From positions 1-49,186 of the forward strand of contig QKDK01000122.1 in NCBI GenBank assembly GCA_003252135.1: a stretch of 49,186 nt of DNA. Direction: 5' to 3'. A program made the translations under genes and the position numbers. The notes below the pieces were generated by a model. The model ran no database searches. It saw only the letters and a list, made by a program, of their open reading frames with translations, and was not told where the DNA came from. The first letter of the stretch is position 1, and each line of letters opens with the position of its first letter. This stretch comes from Clostridia bacterium. GTDB taxonomy: Bacteria > Bacillota > Clostridia > Lachnospirales > Lachnospiraceae. Shown here piece by piece: positions 11,167 to 22,216 of this stretch.

Positions 11167-11640
11167 TTAATTGCTCTGGGAGCATTTTGCTGCATCGATC
11201 GCAAGTACGATCATCAGGGATAATAACTGATCCTCAGGGTTATTGACGTCAATAATATAAGTATCAGTAAGGTGAAATAATTCCTTTGACGCATGCATGA
11301 TGGTGTGCCCTGCAGGATCATTTACATCATATTCCCATTGCCAGAAATCACCGTCAACAGACCAGCCATTACAGTCGAGGGTGAATTTTGGACGAAAGAA
11401 AGTGAATTCCTTTTTTATCTCGCCAATATAGTTGTCATGCAGGTACATACGAAATCTTGGCAGAAATGTAAGAATTTCTTCTTTGACTTTTCCGACCATA
11501 GTGCCACTTGCATCATAAATCTCCAGGCAATGTCCAAAGGAGAGAACGCCTTTCACAGAGTAGACGGTATTGCCGTCTTCATCATAAACATCATAACTGT
11601 CAAGCCAGGAAAACAATCGCTGCTTGAATAAAAGTTTCAT
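11167..11640 (-). CDS. LURP-one-related (tubby C-terminal-like, DUF567) family protein
   Basis: 157 aa starting MKLLFKQRLFSWLDSYDVYDEDGN. Family recognised from memory of the typical N-terminus and size; not verified. Confidence 0.6.
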   Translation of the reverse strand: MKLLFKQRLFSWLDSYDVYDEDGNTVYSVKGVLSFGHCLEIYDASGTMVGKVKEEILTFLPRFRMYLHDNYIGEIKKEFTFFRPKFTLDCNGWSVDGDFWQWEYDVNDPAGHTIMHASKELFHLTDTYIIDVNNPEDQLLSLMIVLAIDAAKCSQSN

Positions 11641-11719
11641 TGTTTGCTCCTATCGTTTTGTTTAATATTCGCGGTTCGTGATATCTGTTATGTACAACAG
11701 GCTGAAAAAATCAGAAAGA

Positions 11720-12082
11720 TTACTCGGTCATGATTTCCGTATCAAAAGGCATCAGTGAAAGCTTTGCTATCTTAAAATGCTGCAGACCAAAGGGGATGCC
11801 GATGATGGAAGCACATAGAATCATACCAAATGCTGCAGAAATGACTGCAAGCGGAATCCCTGTAACCAGCCAGATGATGTTCAGGCAGGCTGAACGTACA
11901 CGGGGATGGTAAATAATCTTCTTTTTAAAAGGGAAAAAACAGAGTGATGAGAGCTTAAAACACTGCAAACCTACGGGTATGCCGATTATGGTGATACACC
12001 ACACTATACCGGCCATCAGCCAGAGCAGACCGATTATAAAACCACCGCATAAAAACCAGATCAGATTTCCTATTCCTCGCAT
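11720..12082 (-). CDS. yccF: YccF domain-containing inner-membrane protein
   Basis: Two internal repeats of IIGIPxGLQxFKxxxLxxxPF. ATG at 12082 is preceded by aaaggag 8 nt upstream. The track start at 12142 is an extension. Confidence 0.8.
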   Translation of the reverse strand: MRGIGNLIWFLCGGFIIGLLWLMAGIVWCITIIGIPVGLQCFKLSSLCFFPFKKKIIYHPRVRSACLNIIWLVTGIPLAVISAAFGMILCASIIGIPFGLQHFKIAKLSLMPFDTEIMTE

Positions 12083-12436
12083 GAAGCTGACTCCTTTCAT
12101 TCGGATTATTCTGCCGCAGTCAGTACATGAACAGTATAACATAAAAGCGGCTCTAACTGTATTTATTATAAAGGAAAAAGGTGAGAATTGGTATTAAAAT
12201 CTGATTAATCCTGCGTATAAAAAAGAAAAATGTGTTTGAAATAAAACTGGTATTAATTTGAAATACATTGTATAATGTAAAATAATATATATATTTCTAA
12301 ACTAATAAAATAAATATAGGCAGATTTTAACTTTATCCAGAACGATATTGGGGAATACAGATCTGGAATCACTCTGTCACAGAATTACTTACAACGAATG
12401 TGACAGCGAGTCAGCGGCACACAGGACAGTGCAGGA

Positions 12437-14551
12437 ATGGAGGGTATTTTGGGAAGAAGGAAAAGGTATATTGTATTATCAGGGGTGTTACTGGCCCTGT
12501 TGCTGTTTAGCGGCTGCAAAGCAGAAGGAGATTTTGAAGCTGATTCAAAGCCATCAGCTTCAGCTGCAGAAAACACTGTTTCATCAGCAGAAGAGAACGC
12601 AGAGGATGACCAGAATAATGCTGTGAACACTGAGAATGCAGAGGATTTAATTTCAGATCCGCTGCTCGCGAAACTTCGGACCTATGACGATGAAACGATG
12701 ACACAGGAGACATACAGCAGTCAGGAAACGCAGGAGACCTATCAGCTTTATAACAGTTCTCTGCCGGTTGTTTATATCAATACAGATGAAAAGATATTCA
12801 TTGAGTATTCATCTGCGGCTATGTATATCATGGGGAATGAAGCCTGCTGCGATGCGTCTTTGCTGTATGACGGCGAGATTGAAATCAAGCTTCGCGGCAA
12901 TTCGACAAAATACAGGGACAAGTCGCCTTACAAAATTAAGCTGGACACAAAAGCAGATCTGTTCGGCATGGGTGAGAGCAAGCACTATGTGCTGCTTGCC
13001 AATGATATCGACCATTCACTGATTCGAAACAAGCTTGTACTTGACCTTGCGGCAGAAATCGGAATGACAGGCACGCCATCTTCTGTGCTGGTCAGCCTGG
13101 TTGTGAACGGGGAGTATCAGGGAGTCTACCAGTTATGCGAGCACATCCGTGTTGAGGAAGGGCGGGTCGATATCTTTGACTGGGAAAAGTTAGCAGAGAA
13201 CGCGGCGAAAGGAATAGCAGGAGATGACGATGCTGCAGTAGATGAAGATGCTGCAGTAGATGAGCTGGAAGACCTTCTTAAAGAGGATTATGCCTGGATT
13301 GGTGCAGAACATACCATTTGCTATAAAGAAAAGGAATATGACATCGCCGATTATGTTACGATACCAGAGGCAGAGGGCGGCTTTTTGCTGGAAATGGACT
13401 TTTATGCATTTGATGACTGGGAACTGTCCACACTGATCACTAATTTTAAGCAGCCCTTCTACTTTAACACACCGGAATATGTTGCAGAGACATCCTCTCT
13501 GTATCAGTACGCCAAAAATTTCCTGCAGTCCTTTGAGTATGCACTCCATAGTGATGACTTTGTTTATCAGGCAGAGGATACGCACTACAGCGGGAAAGGC
13601 GAACGTTATGATAATCATAAGCAGGAATGGATCGGAACACTGACTGAAACTGAATATAAAGATACGACCTTTGATCAGATGCACTATACTGACTTTTTTG
13701 ATCTGGATTCTCTTGTTAATAATTTTATGATCTGTGAGTTCACCATGAACTGGGACTGCATGAAGAACAGTGTCTTTGTATCAAAAGATATAGGAGAGAA
13801 AGCGGTGATAGGACCGGTCTGGGATTTTGACTGGGCATTCGGCAATATTAATATGTATGATATATATACGTATATAACGGATGACTGGCAGACGACAAAT
13901 AACTACTTTACAAACGAACAGTATTACCAGTCGGTGCAATGGAACCGGTATCTGATCAAGGACCCTTACTTTGTGATGAAAGTATATGAAAAATATCAGG
14001 AGATCAGAGATACCGCGATCGCATCTGCAGTCGCTTCCCTTGACACTTACCAGGAATCACTTTCTGCAGCAGGAGCAGCCAATGATGAAAGATGGGATTA
14101 TACCTATCACAGCGATCGGTATTATGCAGGAAGGAACAGCGAAGATTTTAATGATTCCATGGAAAGCCTGCAAACCTTTATTAATGATCGTATAGAATGG
14201 CTGGATGAGCAGTTCGTAAGTTATGATACCCTGTTAGCATCCTTAGGTGCTTATGAAGCTTCTGACAGACTCGCTGTCACATCGGTAAAGGAAAGTGATC
14301 TGCTGCTGACAATTCAGGCAGATGTATATGATGAATCTATAAAAGAAGTTGTTTTTCAGATTAATGGGACTACCTTTGTAACAGGGAAAGTAGAAGGAAA
14401 AAGTGCAATTGTCAGCATAGACAGCAACATCCTCACCAAAGGAGGGAACATGATAGTCATCCATGCCGCTGATGCCAACGGAGATTACCTGCATATCAGT
14501 GATGAAGCAGAAGCGCAGACAGTATCAAATATATTTTTACTTGAACGGTAG
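12437..14551 (+). CDS. CotH kinase family protein, lipoprotein
   Basis: 704 aa. Signal peptide plus lipobox LLFSGC. The CotH-like core (YKIKLD...HYVLLAN...) is recognised from memory. An Ig-like C-terminal tail is inferred. Confidence 0.75.
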   Translation: MEGILGRRKRYIVLSGVLLALLLFSGCKAEGDFEADSKPSASAAENTVSSAEENAEDDQNNAVNTENAEDLISDPLLAKLRTYDDETMTQETYSSQETQETYQLYNSSLPVVYINTDEKIFIEYSSAAMYIMGNEACCDASLLYDGEIEIKLRGNSTKYRDKSPYKIKLDTKADLFGMGESKHYVLLANDIDHSLIRNKLVLDLAAEIGMTGTPSSVLVSLVVNGEYQGVYQLCEHIRVEEGRVDIFDWEKLAENAAKGIAGDDDAAVDEDAAVDELEDLLKEDYAWIGAEHTICYKEKEYDIADYVTIPEAEGGFLLEMDFYAFDDWELSTLITNFKQPFYFNTPEYVAETSSLYQYAKNFLQSFEYALHSDDFVYQAEDTHYSGKGERYDNHKQEWIGTLTETEYKDTTFDQMHYTDFFDLDSLVNNFMICEFTMNWDCMKNSVFVSKDIGEKAVIGPVWDFDWAFGNINMYDIYTYITDDWQTTNNYFTNEQYYQSVQWNRYLIKDPYFVMKVYEKYQEIRDTAIASAVASLDTYQESLSAAGAANDERWDYTYHSDRYYAGRNSEDFNDSMESLQTFINDRIEWLDEQFVSYDTLLASLGAYEASDRLAVTSVKESDLLLTIQADVYDESIKEVVFQINGTTFVTGKVEGKSAIVSIDSNILTKGGNMIVIHAADANGDYLHISDEAEAQTVSNIFLLER

Positions 14552-14582
14552 ATTTATTCTGACGGACAATGAATCACACCTG

Positions 14583-14617
14583 AAAAAAGCGGCAGATGCT
14601 AATCTGCCGCTTTTTTT
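14583..14617. terminator. bidirectional intrinsic terminator
   Basis: aaaaaa-gcggcagat-gcta-atctgccgc-ttttttt, between convergent genes. Confidence 0.9.
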
Positions 14618-14619
14618 AT

Positions 14620-15840
14620 CTATGCCGAGAACATGATCTTTTCACTATTGAATGCTTTTGTCAGGAGGAAGGTGAATAATCCGCCAAGGAACAGCGTACC
14701 ACCGACAGAAAGCAGGAACTGTACCATTGTCAGTTCATTGGTCATCAGGTTCTGAATAGCCAGGGCATTTCCATAAACTGGTATGGCATATACCGAAAGA
14801 GATTTTTCCATGGAGCCCTGGAACATGGTTATCATACCGGCTGCAAGAACTACAATATACAAAGGAGAAACATAAGTCCCGGCCTCCTTGGCGGTTTTTG
14901 CAAGCACGGCTACAAAGCTGACCATGGATACATAGAGGTAAACCATGGATATCATAATAATGAACAGCTGAAGGATCTGCAGTGCGGAAAAACTGACTAC
15001 GAAGGAAAGCTCTTCGCCGCCGGTAAAGGTCTTTGCCATCATCGGCATGGCTATGATCATGGCGATGGCATAGACTGCTGCTGAGATGCTGGAAAGAATA
15101 GCAAGGGATACAAGTTTGCCAAAAACCAGCTCGCTCCGTTTTATTGGAGAAAGCAGCATGCTTGCCATGGTCCCGCGTTCTTTTTCTCCTGTAATGGCAT
15201 CAATGCCAAGTCCCATGGCACCTGCAAACAGCATGAAGGTAATAAAGTAAGGGAGCAGCATAGCAAGATACTCACCATTTGCTTTGTCTTCATTAACAAT
15301 AACCTCTGCATTAGTCTGGAATACATTCAGCAGTTCAAGATTGGTGAATCTGTCAGTCAGCAGTTTTGTCTGCAGGGAACCCAGGATGGTTTCTGAAAAA
15401 CTGCTGTATGCTGCAGAAGAATAATTGCTGGTGGAATTATAGTATAGGTCCACTGCCGGTATGGCATCTCCCTGATTTTTGTAAGCAGCAGCAGTTGCCG
15501 AAAAGTCATCGGAAAATACAACGAGCAGATCGGTATCTTCATTTAATATCTTGTCTTTGATATCATCTATGGATGCACCTGCTTCCAGCATGATAATGCT
15601 GGCCGTTGTATCATAACCGGTTTCAGCGATCAGAGCTTCAACATCCTTTGGTGCATTGACAATGTAAACACTGGATATATGCGCTTCGATATCATTGCTC
15701 ATATTGGAGATCATCTGTCCGATCAGGGAATATAAGCCGATGATCAGTATGGCTGGCAGCAGGAACAGGCTGAAGATCAGTTTTTTATCGTAAAATACGC
15801 GGTGAAGTTCCTTTTTTATGATTGTTTTTGCTCCGTTCAT
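14620..15840 (-). CDS. ABC-2 type transporter permease (NatB-like)
   Basis: 406 aa. N-terminal TM segment, a large extracytoplasmic loop, then about 5 C-terminal TM segments. Start overlaps the stop of the upstream ATPase gene by 4 nt. Confidence 0.85.
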   Translation of the reverse strand: MNGAKTIIKKELHRVFYDKKLIFSLFLLPAILIIGLYSLIGQMISNMSNDIEAHISSVYIVNAPKDVEALIAETGYDTTASIIMLEAGASIDDIKDKILNEDTDLLVVFSDDFSATAAAYKNQGDAIPAVDLYYNSTSNYSSAAYSSFSETILGSLQTKLLTDRFTNLELLNVFQTNAEVIVNEDKANGEYLAMLLPYFITFMLFAGAMGLGIDAITGEKERGTMASMLLSPIKRSELVFGKLVSLAILSSISAAVYAIAMIIAMPMMAKTFTGGEELSFVVSFSALQILQLFIIMISMVYLYVSMVSFVAVLAKTAKEAGTYVSPLYIVVLAAGMITMFQGSMEKSLSVYAIPVYGNALAIQNLMTNELTMVQFLLSVGGTLFLGGLFTFLLTKAFNSEKIMFSA

Positions 15841-16616
15841 GCGATTCCCTCCGTATTCTGCTCCTGATAAAGCTTGAAAAACGTATCTTCCAGATCATTG
15901 CAATTGTTTTGTTCCAATAATTCAGCCAGTGTACCCTCAGCGACCTTTTTACCGTTGATGATGATGCCGATGGTGTCACAGAGCTTTTCGGCTTCCGTCA
16001 TGATATGAGTCGATATAATGATGACCTTGCCGTCATCGCGAAGCTTCTTTAAGTAATCTGTCACACCGCGAGCGGTTACTATATCAAGCCCATTGGTTGG
16101 TTCATCGAATATGATGACCTCGGGGTCATGCACCAGACTGACAGCGATGGCGGCTTTTTGTTTCATTCCTGTTGAAAGCTCGCTGATCTTTTTATCCTGG
16201 AACTCATCAATACCAAAATGAGAGAACAGCACATTTTTTCTTTCTGTGATCTGTGCCTCTGTCATGCCGTGCAGCTGTCCAAAGAAATAGAACATATACT
16301 TTGGTGAGAACTGCGGATCCAGTTTGATCTCGTTGGTCAGAAAACCAATGGCGCTGCGAACTGCTTCCGGCTCTTTTTCGATATCGTGTCCGCAAACAGT
16401 GATAGAGCCGTTCGTTGGTTTTAACAGAGTTGCCACGCATCGAAGAGCCGTTGTCTTGCCGGCACCGTTCGGGCCGAGCAGACCATAGATTTTTCCTTTT
16501 TCAGCTGTCAAAGAAAGATCTTCAACAGCAACCTTCATATTCTTTTTTGTTTTCATTTCGACCATTTGCTTTTTATTCAGCTTATATACTTTGGTCAGAT
16601 GATCAATAATAATCAT
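15837..16616 (-). CDS. ABC transporter ATP-binding protein (NatA-like)
   Basis: Walker A GPNGAGKTT, signature LSTGMKQK, Walker B VIIFDEPTNGLD. ATG 16616 (MIIIDHL) is preceded by agggg. The track start at 16649 is probably an extension. Confidence 0.9.
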   Translation of the reverse strand: MIIIDHLTKVYKLNKKQMVEMKTKKNMKVAVEDLSLTAEKGKIYGLLGPNGAGKTTALRCVATLLKPTNGSITVCGHDIEKEPEAVRSAIGFLTNEIKLDPQFSPKYMFYFFGQLHGMTEAQITERKNVLFSHFGIDEFQDKKISELSTGMKQKAAIAVSLVHDPEVIIFDEPTNGLDIVTARGVTDYLKKLRDDGKVIIISTHIMTEAEKLCDTIGIIINGKKVAEGTLAELLEQNNCNDLEDTFFKLYQEQNTEGIA

Positions 16617-16694
16617 ATTTCCCCTATTCCTGCGCTGATCTTTGCGCATATCAAGTTTAAATGAGCGGTGGCGTGCAACGCACTTACAGATTTT

Positions 16695-16723
16695 ATCTTA
16701 TGCTTATCCATGTGCAATGTCAA
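16695..16723 (-). promoter_or_regulatory. sigma-A-like promoter for the natAB-like operon
   Basis: On the minus strand: TTGACA, 17 nt, TAAGAT. Confidence 0.45.
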
Positions 16724-16812
16724 ACGTTGCAAAAACACCTGTCATGAGTGTGCGGGTTTTCTGACTCAATGAAGTACTGCGCTAAAATTTTAATGTCTTA
16801 GAAAAAATGTTC

Positions 16813-16840
16813 TTGACTTTATTGCTATACGTGTTATAGT
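16813..16840 (+). promoter_or_regulatory. sigma-A-like promoter for clpB
   Basis: TTGACT (16813-16818), 16 nt, TATAGT (16835-16840). Confidence 0.5.
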
Positions 16841-16927
16841 TACAATAGAACAACAAACATGATACTACACAGGAAAAATGCGTAGTAAGACCGATGCGCC
16901 AGGTTTTGCGCAGGAATGGAGGAAACA

Positions 16928-19516
16928 ATGAACATTAATAAATTCACACAGAAATCTGTAAAAGCAATGGAAGACTGTGAAAAGATAGCATATGAATTTG
17001 GTCATCAGCAGCTGGAGCCCGTGCATTTACTGTATGCACTGCTGACAGATGAAGACGGTCTGCTGCCAAAGCTCTTTTTGAAGATGGAGATATCAGAAGA
17101 GGTCTTCATGGCACAATTAGAGGGAATTCTGAATCGTATGCCGAAGGTGTCTAACGGACGTGTTTATGTCGGGGAAGCACTCAACAGGGTATTGATCTAT
17201 GCAGAAGACGAAGCAAAACAGATGGGGGACGAATATGTATCCGTCGAGCATTTATTCTTAAGCATGTTAAAGAACGGCGGTAAGGAAACCGGTCAGCTGC
17301 TAAAGGACTTTAGAGTTGACAGGAACACATTTTTACAGACACTGGCCAGCGTGAGAGGAAATCAGAGGGTTGCCAGTGATAATCCGGAAGCTACCTATGA
17401 TACTCTTGAAAAGTATGGCTATGATCTTGTAGACAGAGCGAAAGACCAGAAGCTTGACCCGGTCATCGGAAGAGATGCAGAAATAAGGAACCTGATCCGT
17501 ATCCTTTCAAGAAAAAGCAAGAATAATCCGGTGCTGATCGGTGAGCCGGGTGTCGGTAAAACAGCGGTGGTGGAAGGACTGGCACAGAGAATAGTGCAGA
17601 AGGATGTTCCGGAAGGACTGAAAGACAAACGTCTTTTTGCACTTGATATGGGTGCCCTTGTTGCCGGTGCGAAATACCGCGGAGAATTTGAAGAGCGTCT
17701 GAAAGCAGTGCTGGAAGAAGTCAAAGCAAGCGAAGGCAGGATCATCCTGTTCATTGACGAGCTCCATCTTATCGTCGGTGCAGGTAAGACAGACGGTGCC
17801 ATGGATGCAGGAAACATGTTAAAACCCATGCTGGCACGCGGTGAACTTCACTGTATCGGTGCGACCACACTGAATGAATACCGCCAGTTCATTGAAAAGG
17901 ACAAAGCCTTAGAGAGAAGATTCCAGCCGGTCATGGTGGAAGAACCTGATGTGGAGGACACCATTTCCATATTGAGAGGTCTAAAAGAACGCTACGAGGT
18001 GTTCCACGGAGTAAAAATTACGGACAGCGCACTGGTATCTGCTGCGGTCCTCTCGAACCGTTACATTACAGACCGCTTCCTGCCGGATAAGGCCATAGAT
18101 CTTGTTGACGAAGCATGCGCACTGATCAAGACCGAGCTTGATTCCATGCCGATGGAACTGGATGATGTACAAAGAAAGATCATGCAGCTTGAGATAGAGG
18201 AAGCGGCCCTGAAAAAAGAAAGTGACAGACTCAGCAAGGAACGGCTCGCAGACCTTCAGAAAGAGCTTGCCGACCTGAAAGAGACATTTGCATCACAAAA
18301 AGCGCTCTGGGATAACGAAAAAACAGCGGTAGAGCGTGTCAGGAAGCTGCGCGAAGAGATGGAAAGCGTAAACAACGACATTCAGATCGCCGAGAGAGAA
18401 TATAATCTGAATAAGGCAGCAGAATTAAAATATGGAAGGCTGCCGGAAATCATGAAGCAGATCGAGCTTGAGGAACAAAAAAACAAAGAAGAAGATTACA
18501 GGCTGATCCACGAAAGTGTCAGTGAAGAGGAGATTGCCAGAATTGTTTCGAGGTGGACGGGCATACCTGTCATAAAGCTTACGGAAAGTGAAAGGAAAAA
18601 GACACTTCAGCTTGGAGATGAGCTGAAAAAACGTGTCATAGGTCAGGAGGAAGGGGTTGCCAAGGTTACTGATGCAATTCTCCGCTCCCGTGCCGGCATC
18701 AAGGATCCGACGAAGCCGACCGGTTCATTTTTGTTCCTTGGTCCGACAGGTGTCGGCAAGACAGAACTTGCAAAAGCGCTTGCGGAGGCTTTGTTCGATA
18801 ACGAACATAACATTGTGCGCATCGATATGAGCGAATATATGGAGAAGTTCTCGGTATCCAGACTGATCGGTGCACCGCCCGGCTATGTCGGGTATGATGA
18901 GGGAGGACAGCTGACAGAAGCAGTTCGAAGAAAACCTTACTCCGTCGTACTCTTTGACGAAATTGAGAAAGCGCACCCGGATGTTTACAATGTGCTGCTG
19001 CAGGTGCTGGATGACGGCCGCATTACGGATTCTCAGGGACGTACGGTGGATTTCAAGAACACGATCATTATTATGACCTCCAATGTCGGTGCTACTTACC
19101 TGCTCGATGGCATTATGGAGGACGGAAGTATTTCTTATGATGCAGAGAAGCTTGTTATGAATGAACTGAGATCCATGTTCAGACCGGAGTTTCTGAACAG
19201 ACTTGATGAAATCATACTATTTAAACCTTTGTCAAAAGAAAGCATCCATGAGATCATGGATCTGCAGCTGAAAGATCTGAACAAACGGCTGACAGAAAAA
19301 GATATCACCGTTACGATGACTGAAAAAGCAAAACAGCTTGTCATCGATGAAGCCTATGATCCGCATTACGGTGCGAGACCATTAAAGCGATATCTGCAGA
19401 AAAACGTCGAAACACTCTGCGCCAAGCTTATCTTAAGCGATGATGTCAGGGAAGGTGATGTCATAGAACTTGAGGATATCGGACACACATTACAGGCACT
19501 GGTAAAGACCAGATAA
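16928..19516 (+). CDS. clpB: ATP-dependent chaperone ClpB
   Basis: Clp N-domain, two AAA+ modules ([16 protein letters not shown]) and a long coiled-coil middle domain. ATG 16928 is preceded by ggagg. Confidence 0.97.
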   Translation: MNINKFTQKSVKAMEDCEKIAYEFGHQQLEPVHLLYALLTDEDGLLPKLFLKMEISEEVFMAQLEGILNRMPKVSNGRVYVGEALNRVLIYAEDEAKQMGDEYVSVEHLFLSMLKNGGKETGQLLKDFRVDRNTFLQTLASVRGNQRVASDNPEATYDTLEKYGYDLVDRAKDQKLDPVIGRDAEIRNLIRILSRKSKNNPVLIGEPGVGKTAVVEGLAQRIVQKDVPEGLKDKRLFALDMGALVAGAKYRGEFEERLKAVLEEVKASEGRIILFIDELHLIVGAGKTDGAMDAGNMLKPMLARGELHCIGATTLNEYRQFIEKDKALERRFQPVMVEEPDVEDTISILRGLKERYEVFHGVKITDSALVSAAVLSNRYITDRFLPDKAIDLVDEACALIKTELDSMPMELDDVQRKIMQLEIEEAALKKESDRLSKERLADLQKELADLKETFASQKALWDNEKTAVERVRKLREEMESVNNDIQIAEREYNLNKAAELKYGRLPEIMKQIELEEQKNKEEDYRLIHESVSEEEIARIVSRWTGIPVIKLTESERKKTLQLGDELKKRVIGQEEGVAKVTDAILRSRAGIKDPTKPTGSFLFLGPTGVGKTELAKALAEALFDNEHNIVRIDMSEYMEKFSVSRLIGAPPGYVGYDEGGQLTEAVRRKPYSVVLFDEIEKAHPDVYNVLLQVLDDGRITDSQGRTVDFKNTIIIMTSNVGATYLLDGIMEDGSISYDAEKLVMNELRSMFRPEFLNRLDEIILFKPLSKESIHEIMDLQLKDLNKRLTEKDITVTMTEKAKQLVIDEAYDPHYGARPLKRYLQKNVETLCAKLILSDDVREGDVIELEDIGHTLQALVKTR

Positions 19517-19521
19517 TCATG

Positions 19522-19577
19522 ACCTCCTTTTTCGCATGTGAAATGTAACAAGAAACACTGTGGAAAAGGAGGTTTTT
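19522..19577 (+). terminator. large-loop hairpin plus T-run after clpB
   Basis: acctcctttt (19522-19531) pairs with aaaaggaggt (19564-19573), followed by ttttg. The 32-nt loop is unusually large. Confidence 0.45.
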
Positions 19578-19607
19578 GCGTCGATAACACAGTTTTATTT
19601 TGATAGC

Positions 19608-19637
19608 TTGACGGAATCTTGTTTTGTATGCTACACT
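19608..19637 (+). promoter_or_regulatory. candidate promoter for the DEAD-box helicase gene
   Basis: TTGACG, 18 nt, TACACT, with a TGc extended -10. Confidence 0.4.
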
Positions 19638-19765
19638 TGTGGGGTTTATGAGACGACTTAAAAACCAGAGATATATGATTGCGCTTCCTTATATATACAG
19701 AGCATCTTCAATTTGGTAAGAAGCTGCTGCACGATTAGAAGAAGTAGGACAGAAAGGTAGAAAGA

Positions 19766-21367
19766 ATGACAATACGTTTTGATGAAATGGAGCTTCAGGC
19801 TCCGATACTTCGTGCCGTTTCGGACATCGGATTTGAAGAAATGACACCAATTCAGGCACAGGTCTTCCCTGTTGTCATGGAAGGAAAGGATATTATCGGT
19901 CAGGCACAGACCGGAACCGGAAAAACTGCAGCTTACAGTCTTCCGATACTCGAGCAGATCGATCCAAAGAACAAGCACCTGCAGGCTGTTGTATTATGCC
20001 CGACCAGAGAGCTTGCCATTCAGGTCGCAGACGAGATGCACAAATTTTCAAAATACATGCACGGAATCAAGATTCTTCCGGTGTACGGCGGTCAGGACAT
20101 TGTCCGTCAGATCAAGGCATTAAAAGCAGGAACACAGATCATGATCGGAACACCTGGCCGTGTTATGGATCATATGCGCAGAAAGACTATTAAATTTGAC
20201 TTTGTAAATAAAGTGATCCTTGACGAAGCTGATGAGATGCTGAATATGGGATTCCGCGAGGATATCGAGACTATCCTGAAGGAGATTCCGGAAGAAAGAC
20301 AGACACTCTTATTCTCCGCGACCATGCCGCAGACGATTCTTGATATTGCCAAGACCTATCAGAAAAATGCAGTGAAGATCAAAGTGGCAGCAAAAGAACT
20401 TACCGTACCAAAGATCGAACAGTACTACTATGAAGTAAAATCCCAGAACAAATTCGAAGTACTGCTTCGTCTGATTGACCTGTACCAGCCAAAGTTGTCT
20501 CTGATCTTCTGCAACACCAAACAGAAGGTAGATGAGCTTGCATCAGAGCTGCAAGGCAGAGGATACTTTGCGGAAGCACTGCACGGAGATCTGAAGCAGC
20601 AGCAGAGAGACAGAGTCATGAAGTCCTTCCGTACAGGCCGTGCTGACATTCTGGTAGCAACAGATGTTGCAGCCAGAGGAATCGACGTGGATGACGTGGA
20701 GGCTGTGTTCAATTATGATCTTCCGCAGGATTACGAGTACTATGTGCACCGTATCGGCAGGACCGGACGTGCAGGAAGAACCGGACGTGCATTTTCCATG
20801 GTTGTCGGACGTGATATCTTCCGCATCAAGGATATTCAGCGTTACTGCAAGACAAAGATCTTAGTTCAGCCAGTTCCTTCCATCAACGATGTGGTGGCAG
20901 TGAAGGCTGAGAAGATACTTGATAAAGTAGAAAAACTGATCGATGAAGGCGATCTGAAGAAGATGATCCAGATCATAGAGCAGAAGGTCAATGAAGAAGA
21001 TTATACTTCTCTTGAGATCGCAGCAGCACTTCTAAAGATGTCCTTCGGCGAAGAGAACGGGTACAGCAGCGAAGAAATCCGCAAGAGCACCCAGCAGGAC
21101 TTTGGTGATACAGGAGCAGAAGCCGGTATGGTACGTCTGTTTATAAATCTTGGAAAGAACCAAAGAATCCGTCCCGGTGACATTCTTGGTGCAATTGCCG
21201 GAGAGACCAATATGCCGGGCAAGCTGATCGGTTCCATTGATATGTATGATAAATACACCTTTGTAGAAGTACCGAGCGAATATGCCGCACAGGTCGTCGA
21301 AGTTATGAAGCATGCCAAGATCAAAGGAAAATCCATTAACATAGAACCTGCAAACAAGAGCAGATAA
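19766..21367 (+). CDS. DEAD-box ATP-dependent RNA helicase with C-terminal DbpA-type RNA-binding domain
   Basis: Q motif, AQTGTGKT, DEADEM, SAT and HRIGRTGRAG. Has a C-terminal extension of about 150 aa. Confidence 0.93.
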   Translation: MTIRFDEMELQAPILRAVSDIGFEEMTPIQAQVFPVVMEGKDIIGQAQTGTGKTAAYSLPILEQIDPKNKHLQAVVLCPTRELAIQVADEMHKFSKYMHGIKILPVYGGQDIVRQIKALKAGTQIMIGTPGRVMDHMRRKTIKFDFVNKVILDEADEMLNMGFREDIETILKEIPEERQTLLFSATMPQTILDIAKTYQKNAVKIKVAAKELTVPKIEQYYYEVKSQNKFEVLLRLIDLYQPKLSLIFCNTKQKVDELASELQGRGYFAEALHGDLKQQQRDRVMKSFRTGRADILVATDVAARGIDVDDVEAVFNYDLPQDYEYYVHRIGRTGRAGRTGRAFSMVVGRDIFRIKDIQRYCKTKILVQPVPSINDVVAVKAEKILDKVEKLIDEGDLKKMIQIIEQKVNEEDYTSLEIAAALLKMSFGEENGYSSEEIRKSTQQDFGDTGAEAGMVRLFINLGKNQRIRPGDILGAIAGETNMPGKLIGSIDMYDKYTFVEVPSEYAAQVVEVMKHAKIKGKSINIEPANKSR

Positions 21368-21401
21368 AACTGTAATAACATAACAGAATAAAAACACAAT
21401 G

Positions 21402-21434
21402 AAAAAGACACCTGTTGGGGACAGGTGTCTTTTT
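21402..21434. terminator. bidirectional intrinsic terminator
   Basis: aaaaagacacctgt / acaggtgtcttttt, between convergent genes. Confidence 0.85.
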
Positions 21435-21539
21435 CTGGGGTTTAGAACAATATATTTAGGGGGTTCACACAATTGGGGATTGCGCAAACCTTTGGAAAGT
21501 AGGCGAATACTGTTATTTCTGCAAATGCGAAACGCTGGT

Positions 21540-22088
21540 TTATTGACCAAAGTAACGCTGTAATAAGCCCTGGAATGCTTTGCCATGTCTTGCCTCATCT
21601 CTTGCCATCTCATGAACGGTATCATGGATCGCATCAAGATTTGCCGCTTTAGCGCGCTTAGCAAGATCTGTTTTTCCTGCTGTAGCACCATTTTCAGCTG
21701 CAACACGAAGCTCAAGATTCTTTTTCGTGCTGGTGGTTAATACTTCACCAAGAAGTTCTGCAAATTTAGATGCATGTTCAGCTTCTTCGAAAGCTGCTTT
21801 TTCATAGTAAAGACCGATCTCAGGATATCCCTCGCGGAATGCCACACGTGACATTGCAAGATACATACCCACTTCTGAACATTCACCGGTAAAATTCATG
21901 CGAAGGTCAGCTTTGATATCTTCTGCGACATCACTGGCTACACCAACAACATGCTCAGACGCCCATACAAAAGCGGTATCCTCCTGCTTCACGAACTTTG
22001 ATGCGGGCGCTTTACACTGAGGACAAGCCTCCGGCGCAAAATCTCCTTCATGAACATAACCACAAACGCTGCATACATACTTTGACAT
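21540..22088 (-). CDS. rbr: rubrerythrin, 'reverse' domain order (N-terminal rubredoxin-like, C-terminal diiron four-helix bundle)
   Basis: CSVCGYV...CPQC lies at the N-terminus, followed by ExxH diiron motifs (EEAEH, DEARH). Confidence 0.92.
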   Translation of the reverse strand: MSKYVCSVCGYVHEGDFAPEACPQCKAPASKFVKQEDTAFVWASEHVVGVASDVAEDIKADLRMNFTGECSEVGMYLAMSRVAFREGYPEIGLYYEKAAFEEAEHASKFAELLGEVLTTSTKKNLELRVAAENGATAGKTDLAKRAKAANLDAIHDTVHEMARDEARHGKAFQGLLQRYFGQ

Positions 22089-22216
22089 AATTGTTGTCTC
22101 CTCTCAAATGTTGAATTCATGTAATGTCAGGTGGCATACTATATGTTGTTCATATGCTGAATTTCGAATCATATATAGTATATCGTCACCAGATTAAAAA
22201 ACTTAATAGGCTGATC

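Noticed and set aside
16714-16735. tgtcaaacgttgcaaaa upstream of clpB as a CtsR box (GGTCAAAnanGGTCAAA); a CIRCE element was also searched for
   Set aside because: Only one half resembles the repeat, and that half is better explained as the -35 (TTGACA) of the divergent natAB-like promoter. No TTAGCACTC-N9-GAGTGCTAA was seen.
21032-21715. 227-aa minus-strand ORF spanning the cshA-like 3' end, the terminator and the rubrerythrin 3' end
   Set aside because: It overlaps two well-supported genes and a bidirectional terminator. It has no SD and no recognisable motifs, so it is a shadow ORF.
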